From the NCBI RefSeq assembly GCF_018977255.1, contig NW_024704742.1, forward strand, positions 117,368,001 through 117,432,000: a DNA stretch of 64,000 nt, read 5' to 3'. Made by a program: the position numbers and the translations under genes. This DNA comes from Callorhinchus milii. Taxonomy: Eukaryota. This document shows, piece after piece, positions 11,954 through 23,850 of this stretch. Numbering within the stretch: position 1 is the first letter of the stretch; every line of letters starts with the position of its first letter. The notes under the pieces are model-generated. The model had not been told where the DNA came from, made no database searches, and was given only the letters and a program-made list of their open reading frames with translations.

Positions 11954-13416
11954 AACAACAACAACAACAAGATTGCATTTATAGAGCGCCTTTCACGTCG
12001 GGAGGATGTCCCAAGGCGCTGGACAGTTGGGTCGGGACCCGGGCAGGGGGGAAATGGTCAGGGTGAGGGGAGGGAAGGGAGGGAGCGAGGAGGGAGTAGA
12101 GAGTCGAGAGGGGAGCTGAAGGCACGGCTGAAGAGAAAGGTCTTGAAGGAGGAAAGGGAGGAAGCAAAGCGAAGGCACTGGGGGATGGAGTTCCAGAGCC
12201 TCGGGGCTGAGAGGCTGAAGGCCCGGCCACCGATGGTAGGGCGGTTGGGGCGGGGGATGTGGAGCAGACCGGAGCCAGAGGAACGGAGGGTACGGGCGGG
12301 TACGTGGGGGGATAGTAGGTCGGAGAGGTAGGAGGGAGCAAGGCCGTGAATGGCCTTGTAGGTGAGGATGAGGATCTTGAATTCGATCCTCTGGGGGATG
12401 GGGAGCCAGTGGAGGCGAGCGAGGGTGGGAGTGATGTGGTCCCGAAGCCTGGTGCGGGACAGTACACGAGCTGCAGAGTTCTGAATGACCTGCAGCTTGT
12501 GGAGGGAGGTGCCGGGAAGGCCGACGAGGAGAGAGTTCCCATAGTCCAGCCTTGAGGTGATAAAGGCGTGGACCAGTGTTTCAGCAGCGTGAGGGGTGAG
12601 GTAGTGCCGTAGTCTGGCGATGTTCCGGAGGTGGTGGAAGACGGTGCCAGTTATGGCGCGGATATGAGGATGAAAGGACAGCTCAGGGTCGAACAGAACC
12701 CCGAGGTTCCTGACTGGCTTTGAGAGGTGGAGAGTGCAGCCTTGGATGCTGATGCTGTCAGCCCCTGAGGTGCGGAGGCGCTGACGTGAGCCAATCAGGA
12801 GGGCCTCAGTTTTGCGCACATTGAGCTGAAGAAAGTTATCTCTCGTCCAGGACTCGATGTCGGACAGGCAGCTGTCAGGACATCGGTGGTCGTGGAGTTG
12901 AGGGTAGAGGAGGAAAGGTAGAGTTGGGTGTCATCCGCATACATGTGGAAGTTAACCCCATGTCTGCGGATGATGTCACCAACGGGGAGCATATCGAGGG
13001 TGAAGATGAGGGGACCGAGGACAGAGCCCTGAAGGACACCGCACGAGACAGTGCGGGGGCTGGAGGAAAAGCCGTTTGCAGAGACAAAATGAAGACAGTG
13101 AGAGAGGTAGGACCTGAACCACTCAAGGACAGGGTCTTGAAGGTTGAGGTGGGAGGACAAGCGGTGGAGGAGGATAAAGTATCGAATGCGGCCGATAGGT
13201 TGAAGAGGACGAGGAGGCAGAGGGAGCCCTGGTCGCAGATGGTCAAGATGTCATTGATGACCTTGACCAGGGCGGTTTCCATGCTATGGGAAGCACGGAA
13301 ACCCGACTAGAGGGGTTCGAAAAGTGAGTGGGTGGAGAGGAAAGAGCGCAGCTGGGAGGCGACGACTCTTTCAAGAACCTTGGACAGGAAGGGGAGGTTG
13401 GAGATGGGCCGGTAGC
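11954..13416 (-). mobile_element. L2-clade LINE, 5'-truncated, RT region with frameshifts
   Basis: ORF fragments with [43 protein letters not shown]; (TTG)n tail at 11954-11970. Confidence 0.92.
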
Positions 13417-16400
13417 TTGATAGCTGCGACGCATCAAGTGAGGGTTTAGTTTTATCTTGCTTTTGTTTACTTGAAATATCATTTTAAGACTTCATCCTTC
13501 CATTTAGTTTCACTGAAAGTCAGAAGGTCAACACAGTGCTTAGTTTCCGAAGTGTATTCAATTAGAGCTCTGCACTTCATGGTACTGGATCTCAGGAGCC
13601 CTCTGCATGTCCCTGATGTACATGTAATACACAGAAACCACCATCAATCAAACCACATCATTTGGCGGATTGTTCTTTCTGCATCCTCTGCATACAAATT
13701 AATCTTCATTTGCCTGCTCAGGTGGTTGTTAAAAGATCCTATTTGAAAAGAGAAGGGAGTTTCTCCCAGTATCCTGGCCAACAATCCTCCAAATAAAAAA
13801 TTGGTCACTCAACTTTGACTGTTTGTGGGACACTGCTGTGTGCAATTGGCTGCCGCGTTTCGCCCACAAAATATACAGTCAATTCACTTTACAGTATTTT
13901 CTGTGAAGCGCTTTGAGATGAAACAGCTGCAGCATTTCACTTGGCTATCACTGAATATGAGAGGGCAAGGAAGAGAGACAGCTTATCGAATATATGATAA
14001 GGCGCTATATATCAAATGCAAGGATTATTATCATTATTAGTTCATAAAGAGGAAGTCTGGCTTCCAGATTAAAGCTGGATTTTCTACAGTTCTGCAAGAT
14101 TTTAAACTTAAAGATGAAATAATTTTATATGCCAAAACTTGGGTAGAATTTTGGTTCACTGAATATCACATGAATTATATTTTTTAAACCTGAAGCCCAG
14201 ATAAATTTGTTATTCACTTTAGAGCTGTTTATTGGTCATTGCTCTGCTCGCATTGACTGTTGTGTGCACTTGGACTATTTTTAGAATGTATTTGCATATT
14301 TGTTTAGGTAAAATGTTCCTGTTTACTTTGTTTGAGCTCCTCTCTCAGCAATTTGCTCTGGGCTGTACAAAGACATGTACAGCCTGGGTTACCAGTGTTT
14401 GTCCAGTGAATGTGGTGACGCACGAGGCTCCTATGGGGACGGAGTCTGTGCTCAGCTGTGTACTGCCAATATTTCTATTTTTAGACTCAGCCTGAAAAGC
14501 CGTTTGAATAACAATTTTTAAAAAAAGGATCATTGTGACCTCATTCTATTGTTAATTTGTGGATGATTTCCACTCTGCAAGTTCTATATTTGCTTAATTT
14601 GCAAGACTTGTTGAATGTGGACTCTGTTTTCATTCCTCACTCCAGTCGGTCCTCATTTTCCTTCATTGAAAAGGGTGACTCATACTGTAAGGGTACGGGT
14701 TCACAACTACTGGCACTTCTCTTGATACCTTGCCCAGTGTTTAGGTGTGCACCCAGGAAATGAGTTTTAAATGATTTAATCTTTGCAGTGGAGCTCACTT
14801 TGTGTTCACCTGGCCAGTTTTCAGCAGGGCCAGTGAATAGTGATCAGGAACAGTCTATTTTCCTATTCCCCGTTCTGTTTCCTGCCTCCCCTCTTAATCG
14901 CCAGAAAGGTCTGACCACATCTCTATGAGATTGACCAACAGGAGGAATGTGTCCACTACTTATAAGAGAAAACATACACAAGAGAGAAGAGAATGGTTAT
15001 GTACTGTATCTGAAGTTTTGTGTTAAGGCCAGCAATAATTCATATGTTTGGAGGGAGGGATTCTACGTAAGACATGTTGTTCTGTGCACGAAATTAAACT
15101 TGTGTTGCACATGGATTTGTTTTCCTCTTGGGAGGGAGGATAATCTGAACTGCATATATCTATCAAATGTTTTGCAAAAACCTTTACAGTTTTTGCCACT
15201 TGCGTAATTCCACATATGTATACATTTAATGGTGCCTTGAGTTTTTCTTGAAATTAAAGATTGTAGCAATACTTCAGTTCATGCACTCCGAGAAGATATC
15301 CTGCATGAAGGACACTGGGTAAATTGGGTAAAAGTACGAGTTGTAGTCGTTGTTGTTTTCTGTGTGGAGCTTCTTCGACTGTACATTCGGTGAATCTCCT
15401 TCCCCCACCCTCCCTGCTCTCCACCCCTCCTGATCCTAACCCCCAGCTCGGGTGCAAATCCTTGACAGTCCAGTGCCTTAGGACATCTTCCTGACGTGGA
15501 AGACGCTATACAAATGTCATTTGTTGTTGTGTGTTGTACAGCAGTGCAAATAGAAATCCCATCAGTAACTGTATGAACAGAATATAATGTAGAAAGGACA
15601 CGTACCATATTCATGTCAGCTTTGACTGCAATCTGCACAGTAGGAGAATCTTAAGAATGTTTAGATTCTGCCTTCAGATGAATAAATCAGTGTCACAAAA
15701 CATTAACAGTTTTAGTTCACTTTGGGATTACTTGGTAAACCATCTCCAAATATTTGTAAATGGAGATTTTTGTGGTAAACTGTTTGCACAATATTTCTCA
15801 AGCACAATTTTACTTTAACCACAAAAATACTTTGCTATAATCCATTGGCTACCAATGCAAAAATATTTGTGCAAAAATATTGAGTTGGAACACTAATGTG
15901 AAAGTGTTGTATTATTTGAATTCCTAATTGATCAGTAATTACAAAGAATGTTGGAAATAATTACCAAGGTTTTGTACAAACTATAATTTTTATATCTGGG
16001 TGCAGACAGCAGAACAAGAGGACACACATGTAGACTTGCAAAGGACAGATGCCAGGAAGCATTTCTTTATCCAGAGGGTAATTAATGACTGGAACAGATT
16101 GTCGAGAGAGTGGTTGCGGTTAGGATGGTGGACACGTTTTTTTAAAAAAAAGCTTGATGCTTCAATGGGTGGATTGTAGGGTGGGTATTCTGGAAGAACA
16201 AGATCAAATGGGCTGAAGGGCTTTTTTCATCTGAACCTCTTTTGTGACCTTGAACACTGTGCAACTGATTGTGAAGTACTATAATTACATTAAAAAATTG
16301 AAGCTTACAGATTTTGCACATTTGATCACTACTTGGGAAAAAATATTGGAAGATACAAAATTTACTTTTGAAAAGATTAAGACTGAAGGAGAGGGAATGA

Positions 16401-16872
16401 TTTAAATCTGTGAGGTTCTGTGAGGATAACATTGGGTGTTCAACAATTCCCAGTAATCTTTGTCAATGTGATGCTGTAGATTTTCCTCAGCTCTGACAGG
16501 CTTCTACTCCTAGTGTAAATTACTTTGTTTCGCCCACAAAATACACAGCCAATTTAAAATATCACTTTACAGTATATTTTGTGAGGCGCTTTGAGATGTC
16601 TCAACGAACGTGATAAGGGGCTATGTGAAATGCAAGGATTATTATTATTTAAGATAATTCTTGCTAACGATTTAATCTTCTCTTTATTAGACTACTAATA
16701 CACAAGTTGCTCATTTATGAAATAAAACTGAAATGACTCATGAACTGGACATTGGATGTGCGTTGCTTTCAGTTCAGTGTTTTCTTCAGATTCAAGTGAA
16801 CCAGTTTAGCAGCTCTTAACACTTAACACCAGCAACCTGTTTGTGATGCAATTTACTTTCTTTCTGTGGCAG

Positions 16873-16975
16873 TTGCTATTGGAGCATCAGCAAGCTATTT
16901 CTCCAGATCAGAAAGACCCACTCCATGAACTGCTAAAAGACCTTGGAGATGTACCTGATGTTGAAACTTTGATTG
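16873..16975 (+). CDS. IQGAP2: IQGAP2-like coding exon
   Basis: ggcag|TTG acceptor and G|gtgagt donor; LLLEHQQAISPDQKDPLHELLKDLGDVPDVETLI(G). Confidence 0.92.
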
Positions 16976-16981
16976 GTGAGT

Positions 16982-18076
16982 ACAATACAATACAAACTTA
17001 CATTTGTATATCACCTTTCACGTTGGGAGGACCTCCCAAGGCACTGGACAGTCAAGCATTTGGACTTTTTGGACCCGAGCTGGGGGTCAGGATCGGAGAG
17101 AGTGCAGGGTAGGAGGGTGGCCAAAGGCTTGGTCGAAGAGTAAGGTTTTGAGACGCATCTTGAAGGAGGCAAGGGAGGGAGCAAGGCAACAGGAATGTGG
17201 GATGGAGTTCCATAGGGTAGGGGTAGAAAGGTTGAAGGCCTGACAGCCGATGGGGAACGTGGAGCAGGCCAGAGCCTGCTGAGTGGAGGGATCAGACAGC
17301 TTGATTTGGGATCAGCAGGACGCAGGGGTAGGGAGCAGCAAGGGGTGGAGGGTCTTGAAGGCGAGGATGAGGATTTTGAACTCTATCCTCTGAGGGATGA
17401 GGAGCCTGATGGGGGTCATGGAGCCTTGTGCGGGAGAGGACATGAGCTGCAGTTTTGGATGATCTGCAGCTTGTGGAGGGAAGAGTTGACAAGCAGGGAG
17501 TTGGGGAAGTCGAGCCTAGATGTGATGAATGGGTGGATGAGGGTTTCGGCAGCATGAGGGATAAGGCAGTGGAGGAGTCGGGTGATGTTGAGAACGTGGG
17601 GTAAGGCAGAGCGGGTCATGGTACAGATGTGGGGTAGAAACGACAGTTGAGGGTCAAATAAGATCCCAAGGCTCCATACTGACTCAGTGAGGTTGAGTGT
17701 GCGTCCTTGGATGGTGATGCTGTCAGTGAGGCATGGAGGCACTGACAGGAGCCAATCAGGAGAGCCTCGGTCTGGTTGACGTTCATCGGTAGAAAGTTAG
17801 CTCTCATCCAGGACTTGATGTTTGACAGACATTCTATCAGGACAGCATTGGTCCTGGAGTCAAGGGTGGAAGCAGAGAGGTACAGTTGGGACTTGAGGAA
17901 CGCTGCACAAGATGGTGCGGGAGCTAGAGGAGAAACCTCTTGTGGAGATGAAGTGGAGGAGGTGTGAACCATTCAAGAACAGAACCATGAAGGTTGAGGT
18001 GAGAGGAAAGGTGGTGTTGGAGGATAGAGAGGTCAACGGTATTGAAGGCAGCAGAGAGGTCAAGGAGGATGAGGAG
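16982..18076 (-). mobile_element. L2 LINE fragment
   Basis: [20 protein letters not shown] and RLDFPNSLL fragments; L2 3' end abuts the donor of exon 16873-16975. Confidence 0.85.
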
Positions 18077-18539
18077 TAAATTGGAAATGCAGGTTTTAGG
18101 TTGATCTACTTGATGCCATAAGGGGAAGCCTGTAAAGTTGTAATTCTGGAAGGGTGAGTTCAAATGAGCCTCTTTACCCAAAGCTCGCTTTCATTTGAGG
18201 CTCGTGAAATACTCAATTGAGATCTGTACATCTTTACAGCTTTCAAATCTGCCACATGAAGTATTTCAGCTGAACTGAAGTATTTTAAAACTTGATTTTT
18301 TTAACTTCAGTTTCATAATACAGTACAGCAATATAAGTGCACCAAGCCAGCTTTTAAGCCAGTATACTGGAGGCCATTAGGGCTTTGAATATTGAGCATC
18401 AAGTTATTTTGCATCTGGAGGAATGGTGACTTCAGAATGATTTCCAGACGAGAGGTCTAGAGGGTGGGGGCAAAGTGACCAAAAGCTGGCACTGATGTTG
18501 GGTCGAAGCAGGTCAGAGTTGGCGAAGCGGAGGGAGTGC

Positions 18540-19210
18540 AACTGAGGCGTCAGGTTCGATCCCCAACTTTCCTTTCTATCCCACATCCGTTCCCTGACCA
18601 GGGCCGCTTTTTTCCACCTCCACAAGATTGCTCGCCTCCATCCATATTTCACATCCGATGCAGCCGAAATCCTCCTCCACACCTTTGTCACTTCCCAGCT
18701 GGACTATTCCAATGCCGTCCTCACTGGTCTCCCCAGCCCCACCATACACAAAACTCAATTAATTTAGAACTCTGCTGCCTGGATACTCAAATCCACACAA
18801 AACTCTGTAACCCCATCACACCAGTCCTTCCCAGGCTCCACTGGCTCCCAATTACTGAATGGATTAACTTCAAGATCCTCTCACGTGTTTTCAAATTTCT
18901 TTATGCCCTCGCACCTCCGTCCCTATCTGATTTGCTTACCCCCACTCCACCCCCCACTACCATCGCTTGGCCAGCTCCGGCCTCCTGTTCGTCCACTCTA
19001 CCATCTAACCCCCGAAACTCTGGAATTCTCTCTCCCTCAATCCTCCGCCTTGTCCCCTCCCTCCCCACTTTCAAATCACTGCCTAAAGACCATCCTTTTT
19101 GATCGTGCTTACGGTCACCTCCCCCCTCCCTCTTCCCCTGGCTCGGGGTCAGAGTCTGCCACTGTCATGTTCTCTGGGACGCTATATAAATGCAAGTTGT
19201 TCCTGTTGTT
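18540..19210 (+). mobile_element. L2 LINE 3' fragment (a further minus-strand L2 fragment lies at about 19225-19560)
   Basis: ITPVLPRLHWLPITEWINFKIL motif and L2-like tail. Confidence 0.8.
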
Positions 19211-19832
19211 GAGTGACCTGTGGAATCAGGCATGGAGGCATTTCAAAGTAAAGACAGGAATCATGAAGTTCAACTGCTGAGGGATAGGGAGGCAGTGGAT
19301 GTGGGGTTGGATGGGGTAGATGTGCATGCAGAGCTGAGTATGGAAAAGGATGGCGTAGCTCTGGATGGTCTTGAACTTGTGGAGGGTGGAGCTGAGGAAG
19401 CTGATAAGCAGGGCATTCAAGAGGTAAGTTGAGGGAGGACAACAAATGTGTGGATGAGGGTTTGAGCTGCATTAGAGGTGAGGTGGTGACAGAGATGGGC
19501 AATGTTGCGGAGATGGACGAAAGCAGACTTGGTCAGAGCTCAAATGAAAAGTTTAAAGGAGAGTTGAGGGACGAACAAATACCAGAGGTTTCACATGGGC
19601 TCCGTGAAACAACAATCTTGAACTTGAACCGTAAAGTGTGAAAGAGGACATTTGTACATCTTCTTCTAACAGAACACAATATAGTGTGTAAGCGAACCAC
19701 AAAATTGGTCCTTGCCTTGAACAGGATCTGCTGTGTTCTCACTTGCAATCTTTTCATTGGGAGAAGAAAAAAGCTACGTGTGGGGCTCCCATCTATAATT
19801 AATCCTAAACAGCTCTGTGCATATTAAAATAT

Positions 19833-20440
19833 TTATAACGTGTTTACAATTTACCACAACAGTAAACTGTTACCATGACACAATCGTGGAAGCAAGAGGA
19901 TTAAGTGTGTAATGAATGATTATACCAGAATGTGAATTTTAGTACAAAGCATCTGCAGTCTACAGCCTGACGCCGAGCTGGGGGGCAGTGTTATAACAAT
20001 GTTTCAGAACCAAATTAGACTTCAGGTTCTGATATAAATTGCAGATTCCGGATCAGTCGGTCTGACCATGCCAGAAGTGTACCAGACTCCAGTAAGACAC
20101 TTAATGACAGCATCACCCTGTCTTCTGAAAGGGAGTTTGGTCCTCACATCATTTATCAACTAGCAAGTAGGTTATGTACGCGGGTTCAGTGGGAGTAGGG
20201 TGTGGGCAGCAAAGATAGGATCTCTCGGTACTTTCAGGACTGAACCATCCGGCTGATTCAAAGGGGATTAGTTTCATGGAAACATCCATAGCAAGTCACA
20301 GAAACAATATTAAAATATTGTAGTTGATCAATTCAGATGAGTAGTGTGCATCCTCGCTTGTAACGGTACAACAGTTATATCATCTGATCTTGTCATAGTA
20401 ACGGATTACTCTTGTGGTAAATTGTAAACACATCATAATT
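19833..20440. mobile_element. Non-autonomous TIR element (MITE-like)
   Basis: About 50-bp imperfect terminal inverted repeats at 19833-19885 and 20386-20439; no ORF. Confidence 0.65.
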
Positions 20441-21356
20441 TTATAGGGCAATTATATTGGGAAGGGAAATTTAACGATGTTGATGGAAAGAGATGCATCA
20501 AAGAGATACATCAATGATTTCGCCCACAAAATGTACAGTCATTCACTTTACAGTATATTCTGTGAAGCGCTTTGAGACGTCTTCAAGACGTGATAAGGTG
20601 TTATATCAAATGCAAGGATTATTATTAATGGCAAATGAAAGGCGAACAAAATGCCAAGGTGCGGATCTGTCCGAAATTATGCCACATGCCCTCTGACATA
20701 CTTTCAGATGCTGATTTTTGTTTTACCCATGCCAAGATGGAGGGATGTGTCTCCTCCCAGGCTGCTTTAAATAGGGGCTTTCACCCCGTCCTTGTAAAGT
20801 AAGACTTGCTTTCTAAACTGAATTGGTGAAAAAGGATTCCAAAGCCCCACCACACAATCCAAAACATCAACTCGAATCATATACGTGAATTTGACACAGA
20901 AATGGGCACTGGGCCAATAAATGGTGAGAAGATCAAATCAGTTACTCTGGTCAAGAAAGCTGGGGTGAGATACTTGGAGGCAGCTGGTGTCTGAGAAACT
21001 GTTAGTCTTTGACATGAGTCAGCATCTTCAGGGATATGGAGAAAACTGGAGGAATATTGAATGTCTTTTAAAATTGTTCTCATGACAATTTGAGAATTTG
21101 ACATTAACCACTAAAATGAATGACAAATAATGTTCCATCCTTAAATAAACTGCCTTTGTGCCCACTTTAGAAATGGGGGAAAAAGTTATACAGCAGATGT
21201 TATAATTTAAATGTAGTCAAGATGTTGAGACTAGACAACAGAGATTGTTGGTGCGTCTATATATTACAAATCTTTTTTAAGTGTCTTGAATGTCTGAACT
21301 TGGGGGTGTAGACAACTTCTACTGTCAGTAATAATGTTCATCTTCTTTCTCTTCAG

Positions 21357-21498
21357 GAGAGGGAGCAGTTGTCTCGAATGATCCCAACAAGGAAAATGTA
21401 CTCTCTCAGCTTGCCAAGACGGAGGTCTCACTTACACTTATGAGCAAGTTTGAATTGCGGGAAGGAGATGACCGAAATATGAAAAGTTTGATGATAAA
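21357..21498 (+). CDS. IQGAP2: IQGAP2-like coding exon
   Basis: cttcag|GA acceptor and AA|gtaagt donor; EGAVVSNDPNKENVLSQLAKTEVSLTLMSKFELREGDDRNMKSLMI(K). Confidence 0.92.
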
Positions 21499-22817
21499 GT
21501 AAGTTTTATCCAAGATTTGTTTTGGGGTCAATTAAGTATTCAAAACAGTGGAAACCCATCACCACGCTTAAGAGTCTCCAAAATACTGATCGTTCCAAAT
21601 GTGTAGGGCTTCCAAAGCTTTGGAACTCTCTCCAAACCCTCCTGCTTGCCTCCTCCTTCCCCTCTTTTAGATCACGACTAAAGTCCTTTCTCTTTGACCG
21701 TGTTTAGAGTCACCTCCTCTCTCACCACAGTTCGCCGTCAGTCTCTGCCACTGTTAAGGGCTCAGAGACGCTGCCCTGCGTGAAGGGCACTATATAAAGG
21801 CAAGTTGTTGTTCTGTTTGTCTGGTCTAGTCTCTCCCAGAAGGGTGCAGCCTGCTCACCTAATCCCAGAGATGTTAGGTCCAGGTTGATGAAAGCAACAC
21901 TTTCTGACTGGGTGAGCTGCATTGTTATATCACCTTAACATATCAAAGAGTCTCTGAGCCCTTCACAGAAATGACTGCCTAGTGTAGTGATTGCTTTTTG
22001 TAGGCTAAAGGAACAGCTATTAACCAGGCAACAAAGACCCACAAACAACCATAAAATGAATGAGCAATTGTACTCAGCAGGAGAACTCTTATTTAACATG
22101 CTGTGTCATTGATTGGATAGAACTTACTTTCTTACTCTCCAGTATATTGCAGAGGTACATCAACACATTAAGAATGGTTAATATTTTTCCATGAGCTCTG
22201 TAATATCTGTGTAAATAAAACTAAGTTACTGAAGGCTAAATGTTGGCCCATGTCACCATATCCATCTGTTTGGAGGGCAGTGAATGTGATATGTAGATCC
22301 AGAAGCAAATTACTGCAAGCAACAACAACAAATTACATTAGTATAGTGCCTTTCACGTCGTCCCAAGGCGTCGGACAGTCAGGGATCTGCACCTGAGCTG
22401 GTGGAGGGCAGGGAGGGTAGGGGAAGAAGGGTGACCAAAGGCCCAGTCGAAGCAGAAGAATTGCTAGCCCTCAGATCACAGAGTTGAACCAGAGCAATTC
22501 ATCTGGAGAATCGTTGGCCAGGACACTGGAAGAAACTCCTTCTTTTGAATAGCGAGACAGGATCTTTAATATTTACTGAAGAACAAGCTGTTTACGTCTT
22601 AGTTATAATTAATGCATAACATACAAAACGAGTTAAAAGTTACACAAACTGTAGTACAATAGAGGCATCAATATGCACATAAATTGAAACCAGCCCCATT
22701 CCGGGTATGAAACCAATATGAAAAATGGACCCCTCTGTTTGTGCGCCCTTAGTCGTGTCTCTCTAGCCCTCTCAATGTTTCTTTGTGTTTGTGCATCTAT
22801 CAGTCTCTAATTAATTG

Positions 22818-22876
22818 TGCGTGTGTGTGTGTGCATGTGCTCTCTCTCTCTCTCTCTCTCTCTCCCTCTCTCTCCC
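22818..22876. repeat. (GT)n/(CT)n microsatellite
   Basis: Seen directly. Confidence 0.9.
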
Positions 22877-23404
22877 TAATCTGTATTTACGCAGATACTG
22901 CACCAACCTCGTGCTATACAATTAAAATTGTGATTCTGGACATCTCGTGCACGTGGTTTCAACTTAAATTCTCCACAACGCAGTCCAACTCAACTTCAAA
23001 ATCAAATGTAAATAGTCTGTGTTCGGACATGCAGCATTCTGCTGTATTTGCTCTATGCAGCATCGTCAAATTAGAACAGGTATTACCAATGTTTTGACAT
23101 TGCTGTACACATTTTGCAGATTTCAGAATAAATATCCCTTCAGTTTCCACTTTTTCCACCGAGACTACAAAAGAACATTTTTTTTTCACAAACACAAGTT
23201 CAGCTTCCGCATTAAATCCAATCCACACCTTACTAAAGTTTTAATATATGACACTTTTTAATATAATAAAACCACAAGGTGCATACAGTGTGTCCTAGGA
23301 CAGGGGATGTGTGGATTTGCTGATGGTAACAATGTCATGTTTTTGTCCAGTCCTTGACCAGCACTGCTTTCTTCCACATTGCCTGTCCCCGACAATACCT
23401 CACT

Positions 23405-23850
23405 CCAAAAGCTGCCGAACGCTGATTGGCTCGTGCCAGCACCTCCGCACCTCAGGCACTGGCAGCATCAGCATTCACGGTTGCACACTCCACCTTCCCA
23501 GGCCAGTTAGGAACCTGGGCGTCTTGATCGACCCTCAACTGTCCTTTCTCCCCATATCTGTGCCATGACCCGCTCTGCCTTCCTCCCACCTCCACAACAT
23601 TGCCCGACTCCACCACTGCCTCACCCCTCAGACCGCCAAAACCCTCATACACGCATTTATATTTACAACCCTCTCTTGTCTCCTTCAAGGCACGACTCAA
23701 AACCATTCTTTTTGACCATGCCTTCAGTCACCCTCCTACCCCCTCTGCCCACCCTCACCCCAACCCTGCCCCCCCACCTCAGGTCCTGATCCCTGACTGC
23801 TCAGCGCCTTGGGACGTGAAAGGCACTTTACAAAGATAATTTTGTTGTAA
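23405..23850 (+). mobile_element. L2 LINE 3' fragment with internal deletion
   Basis: PVRNLGVLIDPQLSF motif and L2 tail. Confidence 0.75.

Noticed and set aside
12058..12819. 253-aa ORF, the longest in the track
   Set aside because: C-terminal part of L2 ORF2 in a truncated, frameshifted copy; not a host gene or an intact autonomous element
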